DNA of 64,000 bases from Candidatus Latescibacterota bacterium (GCA_965243025.1 CBDETY010000003.1:1632001-1696000), one strand, 5' to 3'. Shown: positions 40,937 to 50,382, counted from the first letter of the stretch. Notes: a model not told the origin generated them from the letters alone. Numbers and translations: made by a program.

Positions 40937-42466
40937 GTGCCGTCCGGGCCGCTTGCTCTTTCCGGGGGCGGCAGTACATTGGACGGGTCAACTGCGCCTG
41001 TTCACGGCAGACGCTCCTCCTGGGAGCGCCATCCCACCGTCCCGGTATCTCCGGCATTGCGATCCAGAAATGGAGGGACACTCCCGCTTTCCGACCGCGG
41101 GAATCCATCCAACCCCTCCCTTGTTCCGGCGCCAGACAAACCGGCCTGTACCGGTCATCCGGACGAGGTTGTTTCAACCTGCGCAATCGACACCCATCCA
41201 CTCGCGGATGGGGTGAATCTCCACCTTCATCCCACATCCCTGTACAAATCGACCCGCGTCGACATTTTCCTGACTGCGGAACTGCGTTCCCCGTCGGCCA
41301 CGGAGCGCGCCCTGACCGCGCGCCTGCTCGAGCGCGGAACCTCCTCGCTTCCCGACGTACGCCTCCTCAACTCCTTTCTCGACGGTCTCTACGGGGCGGG
41401 CTTCGGAGTCGGTGTGGATCAATACGGGAGCAGCCAGGTCCTGCACGCGACCTTGGAGGTGATCGACCCCGGTTACCTGCCGGAGCAGGACGATCTCCTC
41501 GGGCGGGGCTTGCGCTTTCTTCGCGACGTGCTCAGCGACCCCAGCGTCGAGGGGGATCCGTGCGGTTTCCCGGAGGCGGTGGTTGGCCAGGAGAAGGAGG
41601 CTCTGAGGAAGGAGATCGAATCCGTTTTCAGCGACAAGACCGCCTACGCCCACCGTCGCTGCATCGAGATCATGTGTGCGGGAGAGCCGTGCGGGATCGC
41701 CCCACACGGCAGAAGTGAAGATTTATGGCAGCTGAATGGCGCCGGCCTGCTTGCCTCCCACAAGGATGGGCTGAAAAGACACGGAATCGACATCTACGTC
41801 AGCGGAGGAGAGCCGTCCGCGCGGGTGCTCCGCCTTTGTGAAGAGCTTTTCTCCTGGCCCCGCGAGTATGCGTCTCCTTCCCCGGACCTTACCGCGGCCC
41901 CCGCTCTCGAGGTGAGGGAAGTGGTGGAAGAGGAGGCGGTCCAACAGGGAAAGCTTGTGTGTGGATACCGCACCGGGGTTACGGTCAGGGACCCGGAGTA
42001 CCCGGCGATGCTGCTCCTCGACCTCCTTCTTGGCGGAGATCTGCACTCCCGCCTGCAGCGGTCCCTCAGGGAGGAAAGGGGGCTGTGCTACCACGTGGCC
42101 TCGTTCATCGAACCCCTCTGCGGGCTTCTGTTCATCGAGGCCAGTGTCGACGCAGGAGACTATGTGGAGGCGCGCAGCCAGGTCGACAACCAGCTCGACT
42201 CCCTTGGCGACCGCGGCCCCGACCGGGAGGAGCTCGAGACCGCGAAGGCAGCGGTGCTGCAACGCCTCTCCACGATGGCCGGGGACAGGGAAGCGCTCGT
42301 CCGCTTCCATTTCCAGCGACGGCTCGCAGGAGTGAGCGCGTTTCCCGCCCAGCTTGGGGAGCAACTGCGATCGGTAACCTCCCCGGAGGTCGCGAACATG
42401 GCGCGCAACACCTTCCTGGACACGGCCTTTTATCTCCGCAACGGCAAAGCCCCGTCCTCGAGTTGA
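40937..42466 (+). CDS. M16 family peptidase-like protein, YmfF-like, no HxxEH (non-catalytic subunit)
   Basis: LL..GT...P...L...L..LYGA, D+..YA..R....M, QGKL..GYR, GG..HSRL...LRE..GLCY. True start uncertain, probably nearer 41050-41210. Confidence 0.8.
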   Translation: MPSGPLALSGGGSTLDGSTAPVHGRRSSWERHPTVPVSPALRSRNGGTLPLSDRGNPSNPSLVPAPDKPACTGHPDEVVSTCAIDTHPLADGVNLHLHPTSLYKSTRVDIFLTAELRSPSATERALTARLLERGTSSLPDVRLLNSFLDGLYGAGFGVGVDQYGSSQVLHATLEVIDPGYLPEQDDLLGRGLRFLRDVLSDPSVEGDPCGFPEAVVGQEKEALRKEIESVFSDKTAYAHRRCIEIMCAGEPCGIAPHGRSEDLWQLNGAGLLASHKDGLKRHGIDIYVSGGEPSARVLRLCEELFSWPREYASPSPDLTAAPALEVREVVEEEAVQQGKLVCGYRTGVTVRDPEYPAMLLLDLLLGGDLHSRLQRSLREERGLCYHVASFIEPLCGLLFIEASVDAGDYVEARSQVDNQLDSLGDRGPDREELETAKAAVLQRLSTMAGDREALVRFHFQRRLAGVSAFPAQLGEQLRSVTSPEVANMARNTFLDTAFYLRNGKAPSSS

Positions 42467-42478
42467 GATGAGTCCGCG

Positions 42479-43774
42479 ATGTCCTTGCGCCTCGAGCAGA
42501 TCCGAAACCCCCGCATCCGCGAAAGCATGTTTGTGGGAGCGGGCCACCGCCCTGTCCCCGTGTATGTCCACCCCAAACCCGAGGCGCACCATGCCCACGC
42601 CCTGCTCGCGGTCGAGTACGGCGCGATTGACGGTCTGTCCACCGGGTTTACTCCGGGTGTAGCCCACTTTCTGGAACACCGCCTGTTCGAAAAGCGGGAA
42701 GGGGATATCAGCGCGCGGTTCTCAGCCCTCGGCGCCGATGTCGACGCGCAAACCGGTTTGACGCAGACCTCGTTTTCCGTCACCTGCGCCGACGGCCTCG
42801 CCGCCTGTGTCGAATTGCTCATTCGCCTGGCCCTCGAACTCCATCTCAGCGATGAAGGAGTCGAGCGGGAACGGCGTATCATTCTGCGCGAGATCGAGTT
42901 GTTCGCAGACAACGTCGAATCGGTCTGCTTCGCAAATGCCCTGCGGGCCCTCTACCCGGACCATCCGATCAGCACCGACATCGCCGGGACCCCGGCGAGC
43001 CTGGGGGAGATCGACCGCCCTTTGCTGCGCGCCAGCCACGAACATTATTACAGCGCCGGACGCATCTCCCTTTTCGCGTCGGGAAAAGCGGCGCCGGAAG
43101 AGCTGTGCGAGGTGGTCGACGCCCATACCTCATCCCTTTGCCGCTGTCCCGCCGGCAACCTTCCCCGGAGAAGGGCTCCTGTGCCTGCGCCCCACCGGAT
43201 TTCTTCCCGGCTGGCAGTTGTGCGCCCTCGCGTGTACATGGCCTTTCACGACAGCGAGTCCGGCCTCGAGGGAATCGAGCTGCTCAAGAAGGAAATCTGC
43301 CTCGACATGGCCGCGGATATCCTCTTCGGACCGTCGAGCGAGTTCTTCGCCGAACAGTACGAAGCCGGGGAAATCGACGGGGATGGTTTCGGCTGGGAGA
43401 TCTACGCCGAGCCCGCGTTCCTGTTCGCCGTGATAGGGGGGGACGTTTCCAATGCCGGACGATTCGAGGAATCGGTGCTGAAGCGGTTGTCCCGTGGGGT
43501 TCGCGAGGGGATTGCGAGCGCGGACTTCGAGCGCGCCGCCCGCAAAGCGTACGGCACTCTTCTGTTCCGCTACGAGGACATCGAGAGCTGTGCCGCCATG
43601 GCCCACGGCGAGGTGAGCCGCGGAGCGCGGCCCTTCGACTCCGCGGCGGCACTTGAACAGGTTCGCCGGCAGGATGTCGAGCACTGCCTGCGGACTTGCT
43701 TCACCTCGGAAAACTGCGCCGTTTCCGTGGTCGAACCGTTGCCGAGGTCTTCAACAGGGGTTCCCGTAACATGA
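42479..43774 (+). CDS. M16 family zinc peptidase, YmfH-like
   Basis: GVAHFLEHRLF inverted zinc motif, F..LGA..A.T..T.F, V.RE..II.REI, HPI..DIAGT..S. Confidence 0.88.
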   Translation: MSLRLEQIRNPRIRESMFVGAGHRPVPVYVHPKPEAHHAHALLAVEYGAIDGLSTGFTPGVAHFLEHRLFEKREGDISARFSALGADVDAQTGLTQTSFSVTCADGLAACVELLIRLALELHLSDEGVERERRIILREIELFADNVESVCFANALRALYPDHPISTDIAGTPASLGEIDRPLLRASHEHYYSAGRISLFASGKAAPEELCEVVDAHTSSLCRCPAGNLPRRRAPVPAPHRISSRLAVVRPRVYMAFHDSESGLEGIELLKKEICLDMAADILFGPSSEFFAEQYEAGEIDGDGFGWEIYAEPAFLFAVIGGDVSNAGRFEESVLKRLSRGVREGIASADFERAARKAYGTLLFRYEDIESCAAMAHGEVSRGARPFDSAAALEQVRRQDVEHCLRTCFTSENCAVSVVEPLPRSSTGVPVT

Positions 43775-44787
43775 CCTCCGGCCCGGGCACGGAGAAGATC
43801 CACGACTTCTACATTACTACGGTCGCCGGCCTCGAAAACGCGGTGCTCGAGTCCCTGCGCTCGCAGCTTGCCGGTGCGACGGGGTTCGAAACCGAGTCCG
43901 ACCGACGCAACGGACGGGTTTTCTTCAGATACACCCGCTCTCCCGCAAAGTTGACGACAGTTCGTTCGGCCCTGTCCACCGCGGGGGTGGTTGCCCGTTT
44001 CCGGGGTGTGACCGTGGGCGCCCCGGGACTTGACCGCCTCTGCGAGCGCCTTCGCAGGGTGGACCTGTCCGCAGCGCGGAACCTTGTCCGGGCATGTCAT
44101 CCCGAAACCGACGTCGATCGTTTCCAGCTGGCCTGCACCCTCTCGGGCTCGCACCGGTTCACGCGCCGTGATGTGGAAGAGAGGGTCCGCGCAATCCTGG
44201 CCGCAGAACACGCCCTGCAGCCTGCCGGAAAGGAGACGGGGCTTCGCTTGAGGCTGCGAATCGTCGGATCCCAGGCGTTGTTCTGCGTTCAGGTCGGTCC
44301 GCGGAGGCACCCCGGGGGACCGGGCAAGGGACTGTCCGAGGCGATGATCGCCTCGCTGATGGGGCTGTTGGAACCAGGACCCGAGGATGTCGTCCTCTGC
44401 CTGAACTGTCAGAAGGAAGGACTGGAGGAGTTGTCCCGGGCAGGCCCGAGACGCGTCGGTGCCCTCGGCGACCGCACCTTCACCCTCCAGGGAAGTGCCC
44501 TTCCCGGTGGCTTGCCCGTCGCCCCGGCACACGAAGCCCTGCCTGCCGGATCTCACTCCGCCAGCTGCGTAATCGACGGCAGCGCCGGACCGGGCATCCG
44601 GGAAAGGCTCGAGACCTTTTCCGCGGTCCTGGCGCCTGGCGGCGTGGCGGTGATTCCGTTTGCCGACCTGGAGGGGGTCGTGGCCGGGTTGCGCACCGCG
44701 CGGCTGCCTTTCGAGATTCTCGCGGCTCTGCCAATTTATATCGAAGGAAGCCCCTTCAAGTGCTGCATCCTCGAACGGCTGCAATGA
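43771..44787 (+). CDS. THUMP-like / RNA methyltransferase-related protein (SAM motif degenerate)
   Basis: N-terminal Y.TTV.GLE..V..L, G.H.F.R..V; L.E.MIA.L..L.....D.VL followed by no recognisable DP.CG.G motif; ATGA overlap with the upstream gene. Confidence 0.5.
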   Translation: MTSGPGTEKIHDFYITTVAGLENAVLESLRSQLAGATGFETESDRRNGRVFFRYTRSPAKLTTVRSALSTAGVVARFRGVTVGAPGLDRLCERLRRVDLSAARNLVRACHPETDVDRFQLACTLSGSHRFTRRDVEERVRAILAAEHALQPAGKETGLRLRLRIVGSQALFCVQVGPRRHPGGPGKGLSEAMIASLMGLLEPGPEDVVLCLNCQKEGLEELSRAGPRRVGALGDRTFTLQGSALPGGLPVAPAHEALPAGSHSASCVIDGSAGPGIRERLETFSAVLAPGGVAVIPFADLEGVVAGLRTARLPFEILAALPIYIEGSPFKCCILERLQ

Positions 44788-45431
44788 GCATCCGGCAGGA
44801 ATCGCCGGAAAAGATCCCGGCGGCCAGGCGTGAACCTCGGTATTCCGGTTCGGGTCACAGGAGCCGGTCCCCGGTCGGTTCCAGGTTCGGGCGGCTGCTC
44901 CTGCCGCTCCTGCTGTCCTTCGCTGCAACCACCTGCGGTTGCAGCGAAGAGATCGATCGCAGCGATGAATTCGGCCTTGATCAGGGTGGAGGCCGAGTCG
45001 AGGTGATCGTTCTCGACTCGAGCGGCATTCAGTACGGAGAAACCCCGGAATCAGGCGGCCCGGTCAGAGAAGGGGATAAGCCCTTTACCGGACCTGCCGG
45101 CTCTGACGGATCAACCGGGACCTCCGCTGGATCAACGGAAGACAAGGATGGACGCCAGGGGCTGCTCGCCGGAGCTGTTGCCTACCAACCGGACGGGGAG
45201 TTCACCGTACAGGTGGGCGTGTACTCCGATGTCCTGAAGGCCGGCGAGCGGGTGACGGAGCTGAGCGCTCTGGGATATCCCGCGTACGTCATCGCCCAGC
45301 CGGACGGCAAGGGGTTCCGGGTGCGCATCGGTTATTTCGGGACGCGGGAGGATGCGCGCGCGTTCGGCGACATTTTTTCCGAGGATCACGGGTCCGATTT
45401 CTGGATCGACCGCCGCGTCAATGAGCTCTGA
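44784..45431 (+). CDS. SPOR-domain membrane or lipoprotein
   Basis: Hydrophobic segment ending TTCGC; C-terminal FTVQVGVY...A......L...GY.AYV.....FRVRIG.F.TRE.A. Confidence 0.8.
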   Translation: MSIRQESPEKIPAARREPRYSGSGHRSRSPVGSRFGRLLLPLLLSFAATTCGCSEEIDRSDEFGLDQGGGRVEVIVLDSSGIQYGETPESGGPVREGDKPFTGPAGSDGSTGTSAGSTEDKDGRQGLLAGAVAYQPDGEFTVQVGVYSDVLKAGERVTELSALGYPAYVIAQPDGKGFRVRIGYFGTREDARAFGDIFSEDHGSDFWIDRRVNEL

Positions 45432-45837
45432 CCGTCCGCGGCCTCGCGTTCTTTGTTGCGGCACCTTCGATCATTTCCATCCCGGGCACGAGTCCTTCCT
45501 GGCCCAGGCCGCGGCATTGGGCACGGAGCTGTTCGTCGTGATCGCCCGCGACGAGAACGTAAAGCGGATCAAAGGGCGGCTTCCCGATCACAGCGAGGAA
45601 GAGCGCATGGCAGCGGTGGAGGGAGCGGGAATCGCCGATGACGTCAGGTTGGGAAACAAGGGGTCGAACCTCCTCCAGGTAGTCTCCGAGATAGCCCCCG
45701 ACGTGATCGCTCTCGGGTACGATCAACGCCCCCCGAAGGGTCTGGCCGATGCCTTTCCGCAGAGCGAGATCGTCACGTTGAAACCGCACCGGCCCGACAT
45801 CTACAAGTCGTCGCTGTTTCGCCGGGGGGAGGAGTGA
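45421..45837 (+). CDS. Cytidylyltransferase-family nucleotidyltransferase, archaeal FAD synthetase (RibL)-like
   Basis: GTFDHFHPGH, L.VVIARD, KGR.P..SEEER, PDVIALGYDQ, YKSS. Confidence 0.75.
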   Translation: MSSDRPRPRVLCCGTFDHFHPGHESFLAQAAALGTELFVVIARDENVKRIKGRLPDHSEEERMAAVEGAGIADDVRLGNKGSNLLQVVSEIAPDVIALGYDQRPPKGLADAFPQSEIVTLKPHRPDIYKSSLFRRGEE

Positions 45838-45858
45838 GAGAAGCGGCCGGGGCGGACG

Positions 45859-47058
45859 CTACTCCAGGTACCCCAGATCACGCAAGCGGCGTTCTATCAG
45901 GGCCTCCTGCCCCGGCTCCAGGGGCATGGGTCCGGGAAGGTCTGAATACACACTGCTCGCCATGAGCCGGCGATACCTGCCGGCATAGAAAGCCACGGTC
46001 CGAGGCTGTGCTACCGATTCCAGAACGCGGTCGGTCAATGTCTCCGTAAGGACTCCCGTCCCCGACTCTTCGTCGTAGGCGAACTTCCTTCCCTCGTCGA
46101 ACAGGGCCCACAGCAACCCTCTCCCCGGCTCCTTCCCCGGTACACCTCCGGGTTTCTCGATCCTCGTTCCCCCGCCGTTCAAGGGAGCGATCTGCGCCAG
46201 GTACTGCTCGTTCTCCCCGGCGGGTTCCCACAGCGGTCTGCCGAATCCCCGGTAGTCGCAGGAAACCCCCAGCAGACCGAGCGCGGTCGGAAACAGATCG
46301 ATGAGAGACACCAGGTTCCTGTTTACGAAGCGACGGTTGTCTCGGAAAGGCACGTGGAGAAGCAGGGGGACGTGCAGGACGCTGTTGTCGAGGGTCTGGC
46401 CGTGATACGGCTCTGAAGCCGTCCAGCTCTCGCCGTGGTCTCCGAAAACGAAAATCGCCCATTGAGCCAGATCGAGGCCTTCGATCAGGGGCGCGAGTTT
46501 GCGCTCGAAAACCTCCTCGACGGCGCGCCGATAACGAGCCGTGACCACGTCGAGCCGCCCGCTGGCGAGCAGGTCGGCGGTCTCCCCGAGAGCCATTCCG
46601 TCAGCCGCTCCGTACGGGGTATGCGTGCTCCAGTAATGGAGGAGGACGCACTGGCTTTCGGGCATCGAGCCAAGCCGGGAGAGCACCTGTCGAACACCCC
46701 CGTCAACCCCCGGGGACAGCGGCTCGACCTGGGCGCCGAGGTCGAGTCCCTCGAAGATCTCGGCGGCTTCCGAGAAAGCTGCACAGGACATCCCGGCGCC
46801 GCGGCAGGCATCGAAAAGGTTCGGAAGGCCCCTCCGCTGACGGCTGTGGCGCTGTGACAGGATACCGTGCTCGAAGGGGTAAAGGCCGGAGACCAGACTG
46901 AGGTGCACTGGCCGGGTTGCCGAGGAGACGGAGAAGCAGTTCGGCGCCATGCCGAAGTCCGCGGTCAGGCAATCGAAGCGGGGCGTTGCAACATCGGGAT
47001 GGGTGCGCGGCAGGTGATCCCCGCGCAGGCTGTCGATCGATACCAGGAGCAGGTTCAC
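45859..47058 (-). CDS. Sulfatase-like / alkaline phosphatase superfamily hydrolase
   Basis: NLLLVSIDSLRGDH, SAT.P.H.SL.SGLYP..HG, H.PY, GDHGE, HG..L....LHVPL, VSLIDLFPT, RLRDLGYLE. GTG 47058 overlaps the upstream stop (GTGA). Confidence 0.82.
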   Translation of the reverse strand: MNLLLVSIDSLRGDHLPRTHPDVATPRFDCLTADFGMAPNCFSVSSATRPVHLSLVSGLYPFEHGILSQRHSRQRRGLPNLFDACRGAGMSCAAFSEAAEIFEGLDLGAQVEPLSPGVDGGVRQVLSRLGSMPESQCVLLHYWSTHTPYGAADGMALGETADLLASGRLDVVTARYRRAVEEVFERKLAPLIEGLDLAQWAIFVFGDHGESWTASEPYHGQTLDNSVLHVPLLLHVPFRDNRRFVNRNLVSLIDLFPTALGLLGVSCDYRGFGRPLWEPAGENEQYLAQIAPLNGGGTRIEKPGGVPGKEPGRGLLWALFDEGRKFAYDEESGTGVLTETLTDRVLESVAQPRTVAFYAGRYRRLMASSVYSDLPGPMPLEPGQEALIERRLRDLGYLE

Positions 47059-48173
47059 GTAAGCAGGCCGCGGCCGGCGATCTCCCACACGCACTCGACG
47101 ACGCCCCCGCGGATTCCGACGAAGCGGTCGTGGAGAAAAGTGGTGCTGTCACTGTACCAGGGCAGCAGCTCGATGCGCTCCCCGACTTCGGGGCCCTGGT
47201 ATCCGTCGCGGACCGAAAAAACACCGTGCTCCGCCGACAGGTAGCGAAGCTCGAGGTCGTCCCGGCAGAGGGGGCGGGGAGCGTTCTCCGACTGAGACAG
47301 GGTCTTGAAACCGGAGTCGAGAACGACATGGCCGCGCTGGCGGCTGCTGACCGTCGCCAGCACGCTGAGGGCGAACTGCAGACCTTCGACGTGGCAGCTC
47401 TCGCGGTACATCGCGTCCATGAAGATACCGCCGCCAGCCTGCAGTTCAGTGATCCCGTCGAAGGCTGCGGTGATGGTGTACGTCCCGGTGCCCCCGGCGC
47501 TGACGATGTCGCAGCGATGGCCCTGTTGGAGGAGGGCATCCCTGCTGACAACCAGCTTTTCCAGGGCCTCGTGGCAGGCCCGCTCCTTCGCTTCGGGCGG
47601 CTCGGTTTCCAGCACGTGGCCCTCGTACCCCATGATCCCCTCCAGGCGCAGTCCCTTTCTTGCCGAGATCGCTTCGGCGAGCCCGACCACCTGCTCTCCG
47701 GGGCGGCAACCGGTGCGGTTCATGCCGATGTCGACGTCGATCAGCACCGGGATGGTCGTCCCCGCGGCGGCTGCGGCGGCGGCCATCGGCTCCAGCACGA
47801 CCTCGGTGTCGACGATCGCGATCACCCGCCCCTGGTTCTGGATCTCGGCGAGCCGGCGCTGTTTCCCCGCGCTCCCCAGCTGGTTGGCGAGCAGGATATC
47901 CCCGACGCCGTGGGACACCATCATTTCCGCTTCGCTCAGCTTCGCGCAGGTGATTCCGACGGCTCCAGCCGCCACCAGCAGATGGGCGATCTCCGGTGAC
48001 TTGTGCGCCTTGCTGTGAGGTCTCCAGGCGGTGCCGTGGCCGCGGCAGCAGGCGGCGATGGCGGCGATGTTCGACTCGAACCTGTCGAGGTCGATCAGCA
48101 GGACCGGAGTGTCGAGCTGCTCCTTTTCCAGGCCTGTCAGGGACCGGGGTGAAATCGCGGATGCAGGTGTCAT
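47055..48173 (-). CDS. DSD1 / D-threonine aldolase family PLP-dependent enzyme (fold type III)
   Basis: LDTPVLLIDLD..E.NI, RPHSKAHK, CAKLSEAE, G..RTG, MGYEGH, SAGGTGT, ELQAG...FMD, LSAEHG. Confidence 0.88.
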   Translation of the reverse strand: MTPASAISPRSLTGLEKEQLDTPVLLIDLDRFESNIAAIAACCRGHGTAWRPHSKAHKSPEIAHLLVAAGAVGITCAKLSEAEMMVSHGVGDILLANQLGSAGKQRRLAEIQNQGRVIAIVDTEVVLEPMAAAAAAAGTTIPVLIDVDIGMNRTGCRPGEQVVGLAEAISARKGLRLEGIMGYEGHVLETEPPEAKERACHEALEKLVVSRDALLQQGHRCDIVSAGGTGTYTITAAFDGITELQAGGGIFMDAMYRESCHVEGLQFALSVLATVSSRQRGHVVLDSGFKTLSQSENAPRPLCRDDLELRYLSAEHGVFSVRDGYQGPEVGERIELLPWYSDSTTFLHDRFVGIRGGVVECVWEIAGRGLLT

Positions 48174-48333
48174 GGCTGTTGCGGGTTTCGAGGCCAGGGG
48201 GACGGGTTCGGAGCCCCGGGGGAGATTCCGACCGAAGCCGGGCGGCCCGGAGCAGGTCGGTCGCTTTCGCGCCGTGAACCCCGACCTGTCGGCGGCCATT
48301 CCGGGGAGAGGTATTCCGCCATGACAGTCCCTT

Positions 48334-49302
48334 CTACTCGAAGGCGTGGGGAAGGCCCCAGGTCTGGGGGTAGAGCAGCTCGCTGCCGTCCATGGCCAGG
48401 GGGGCGAGTTCCTTCATCAGATCTTCATGCAGAGGCCCGGCGGCGACCGCGGCCATGTTCTGTTCCAGCTCCGTCCTGGAGAAGGTCCCGAACAAGGTCA
48501 CGTCCGCCTGCGCAGGACCGTAGGCGGCGAAACGCAGGGCGCATTCGGACAGACCGATTCCGTGCGCGCCCGCCACAGCCGCTGCCTTGCGGGCGGCCTG
48601 CTTCAGCGGCTCCATGTTCGCCGGATAGCTTTCGGTCCGATGGGACAACACCCCCTGCAGGAACACCGAGCGCAGCACGACTCCCAGCCCCTTCTTCCGG
48701 CAGTCCGGCAGAACCCGGCGCTCGAGGCTCCTGTCGAGCAGGTTGTAGGCCACCTGGATCGTCCGAAAAGGCTTCCCCTGGCGGATCACCGCTCTGGCGT
48801 CGGCCGGGCCGTAGGAGGTCGCACCCCAGAAGCGGACCTGGCCCCTGGCGGTCAGGGACTCGACCGTTTCCAGAAGGGGAGAGCGGATTTCCTCGCGCAA
48901 GAAGGTATCCTCCTCGACGTACACCTGCACCAGGTCCAGACTGTCCGCCCTGAGACTGGCGAGGCTTTGCCTGACCGAAGCACACAGGTGCTCCGAAAGC
49001 CCGGCCCCCTCGAGCTCCGGTCCGGAGGCGGAGGCGCGCATCTTTACCTTGGTGGCGATGACGGGGCGGGATGCTCCCATGCCCGAGAACGCCTTGCCCA
49101 CCAGCTCCTCGCTGCGCCCGTACCCGGCGGCGGTATCGAAATATGTGATTCCCTGGTCGAGGGCGGCGCGCAACAGTCCGATGCACTCGTCGTCGGGGGG
49201 AGGATCGGGAAGCCCGATCCCGTACGGCAGTCCGATTTCCACTGTTCCCAACCCGACCCGGGAAACCTCGAGATCCGTCCCTCCCAGAATGCCGTTTTTC
49301 AT
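48334..49302 (-). CDS. Aldo/keto reductase
   Basis: LGGTDLEVSRVGLGT, GITYFDTAAGYGRSEE, VIATK, SL..L..D.LDL, Q..YNLLDR, RSVFLQG; ATGA overlap with murQ. Confidence 0.9.
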   Translation of the reverse strand: MKNGILGGTDLEVSRVGLGTVEIGLPYGIGLPDPPPDDECIGLLRAALDQGITYFDTAAGYGRSEELVGKAFSGMGASRPVIATKVKMRASASGPELEGAGLSEHLCASVRQSLASLRADSLDLVQVYVEEDTFLREEIRSPLLETVESLTARGQVRFWGATSYGPADARAVIRQGKPFRTIQVAYNLLDRSLERRVLPDCRKKGLGVVLRSVFLQGVLSHRTESYPANMEPLKQAARKAAAVAGAHGIGLSECALRFAAYGPAQADVTLFGTFSRTELEQNMAAVAAGPLHEDLMKELAPLAMDGSELLYPQTWGLPHAFE

Positions 49303-50228
49303 GGGGAGGCTACTCCTGAGCGGCTCCGTTCCCCGTGGCCGACCACTTCCCTGATCCGCCCCTCGTGCTCGACGAGCAAGGCCGCCGCCCGGTTTCGACC
49401 GACTCGGCACAGTTTCATCACGATTGCCACCTTCAGGTCGCCTCCGGCGGCGCGCAGGCTCGCTTCGGAAGCCTCCCTCGTGATCCCCGTCACCATCTGA
49501 AGAATCCGCAACGACCGGTCCCGCAGCTTGGCGTTCCCGGGTTGCAGGTCGACCATGAGGTTTCCCAAGGTCTTTCCCAGCCGGATCATCGCCGCCGTGG
49601 AGATCATGTTGAGGACCATCTTGGTTGCGGTGCCCGCTTTCAGCCGCGTCGATCCGGTAACGACTTCGGGGCCTACCTGTGGCGCGATGCGGACATCCAC
49701 CCCGGGACCTTCCTGTCCCGGGACTCCACAGGTGAGCAGGATCGTGGACGCCCCGCGGGCCCTCGCCTCGCCGAGACCGCCAAGCACGAAAGGGGTGACC
49801 CCGCTCGCGGCGATTCCCATTACACAATCACCCGTCCCCACCTGGCGCCGGCGCAACTCCCCGGCTCCGGAACCGGCCTTGTCTTCGGCTCCCTCTACGG
49901 CGGCGAAGACCGCCTCCGGTCCCCCGGCGATCACCGCCTGGACCATCTCGGGATCCGTGTTGAAGGTGGGAGGGCACTCGGCCGCATCCAGCACCCCGAG
50001 GCGTCCGCTCGATCCGGCTCCGATGTAGAAGAGCCTGCCGTTCTCTCGCAGGGCGCGGACCACGAGCTCCACCGCCCTGGCGACCTGGTCGAGCTCTTTC
50101 TCCACCGCCGCGGCGACCGAGGCGTCCTCGCGGTTCATGATGCGCAGCATCTCCGCGGTGGGAGCCTCGTCGATGCGGGCGCTTGCTTCGTTGCGCTGCT
50201 CGGTCGGCAGGTCGGCCCAGTGTGCCAA
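49299..50228 (-). CDS. murQ: N-acetylmuramic acid 6-phosphate etherase
   Basis: TEQRN, GAGSSGRLGVLDAAECPPTF, GAED, GIAASG.TPFV, GPEVVTGSTRLKAGTATK, GNLMVDL..N.KL. Confidence 0.95.
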   Translation of the reverse strand: MAHWADLPTEQRNEASARIDEAPTAEMLRIMNREDASVAAAVEKELDQVARAVELVVRALRENGRLFYIGAGSSGRLGVLDAAECPPTFNTDPEMVQAVIAGGPEAVFAAVEGAEDKAGSGAGELRRRQVGTGDCVMGIAASGVTPFVLGGLGEARARGASTILLTCGVPGQEGPGVDVRIAPQVGPEVVTGSTRLKAGTATKMVLNMISTAAMIRLGKTLGNLMVDLQPGNAKLRDRSLRILQMVTGITREASEASLRAAGGDLKVAIVMKLCRVGRNRAAALLVEHEGRIREVVGHGERSRSGVASP

Positions 50229-50352
50229 GGTCGGTCCTGGTGACAGGGTGTGAAAAACCGGAATGGGAGTTCAGGCGCAGACCGGCGCAGTCCTCTCATG
50301 TTTCGGTGCAATTATATCATCGCTTCCCCCGGCGTGCAAAGGCCGTCCGGAA

Positions 50353-50382
50353 TTGCCATCGTTCGATGCGCCCCCCTATATT
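50353..50382 (+). promoter_or_regulatory. sigma70-type promoter for valS
   Basis: TTGCCA-N18-TATATT. Confidence 0.45.
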
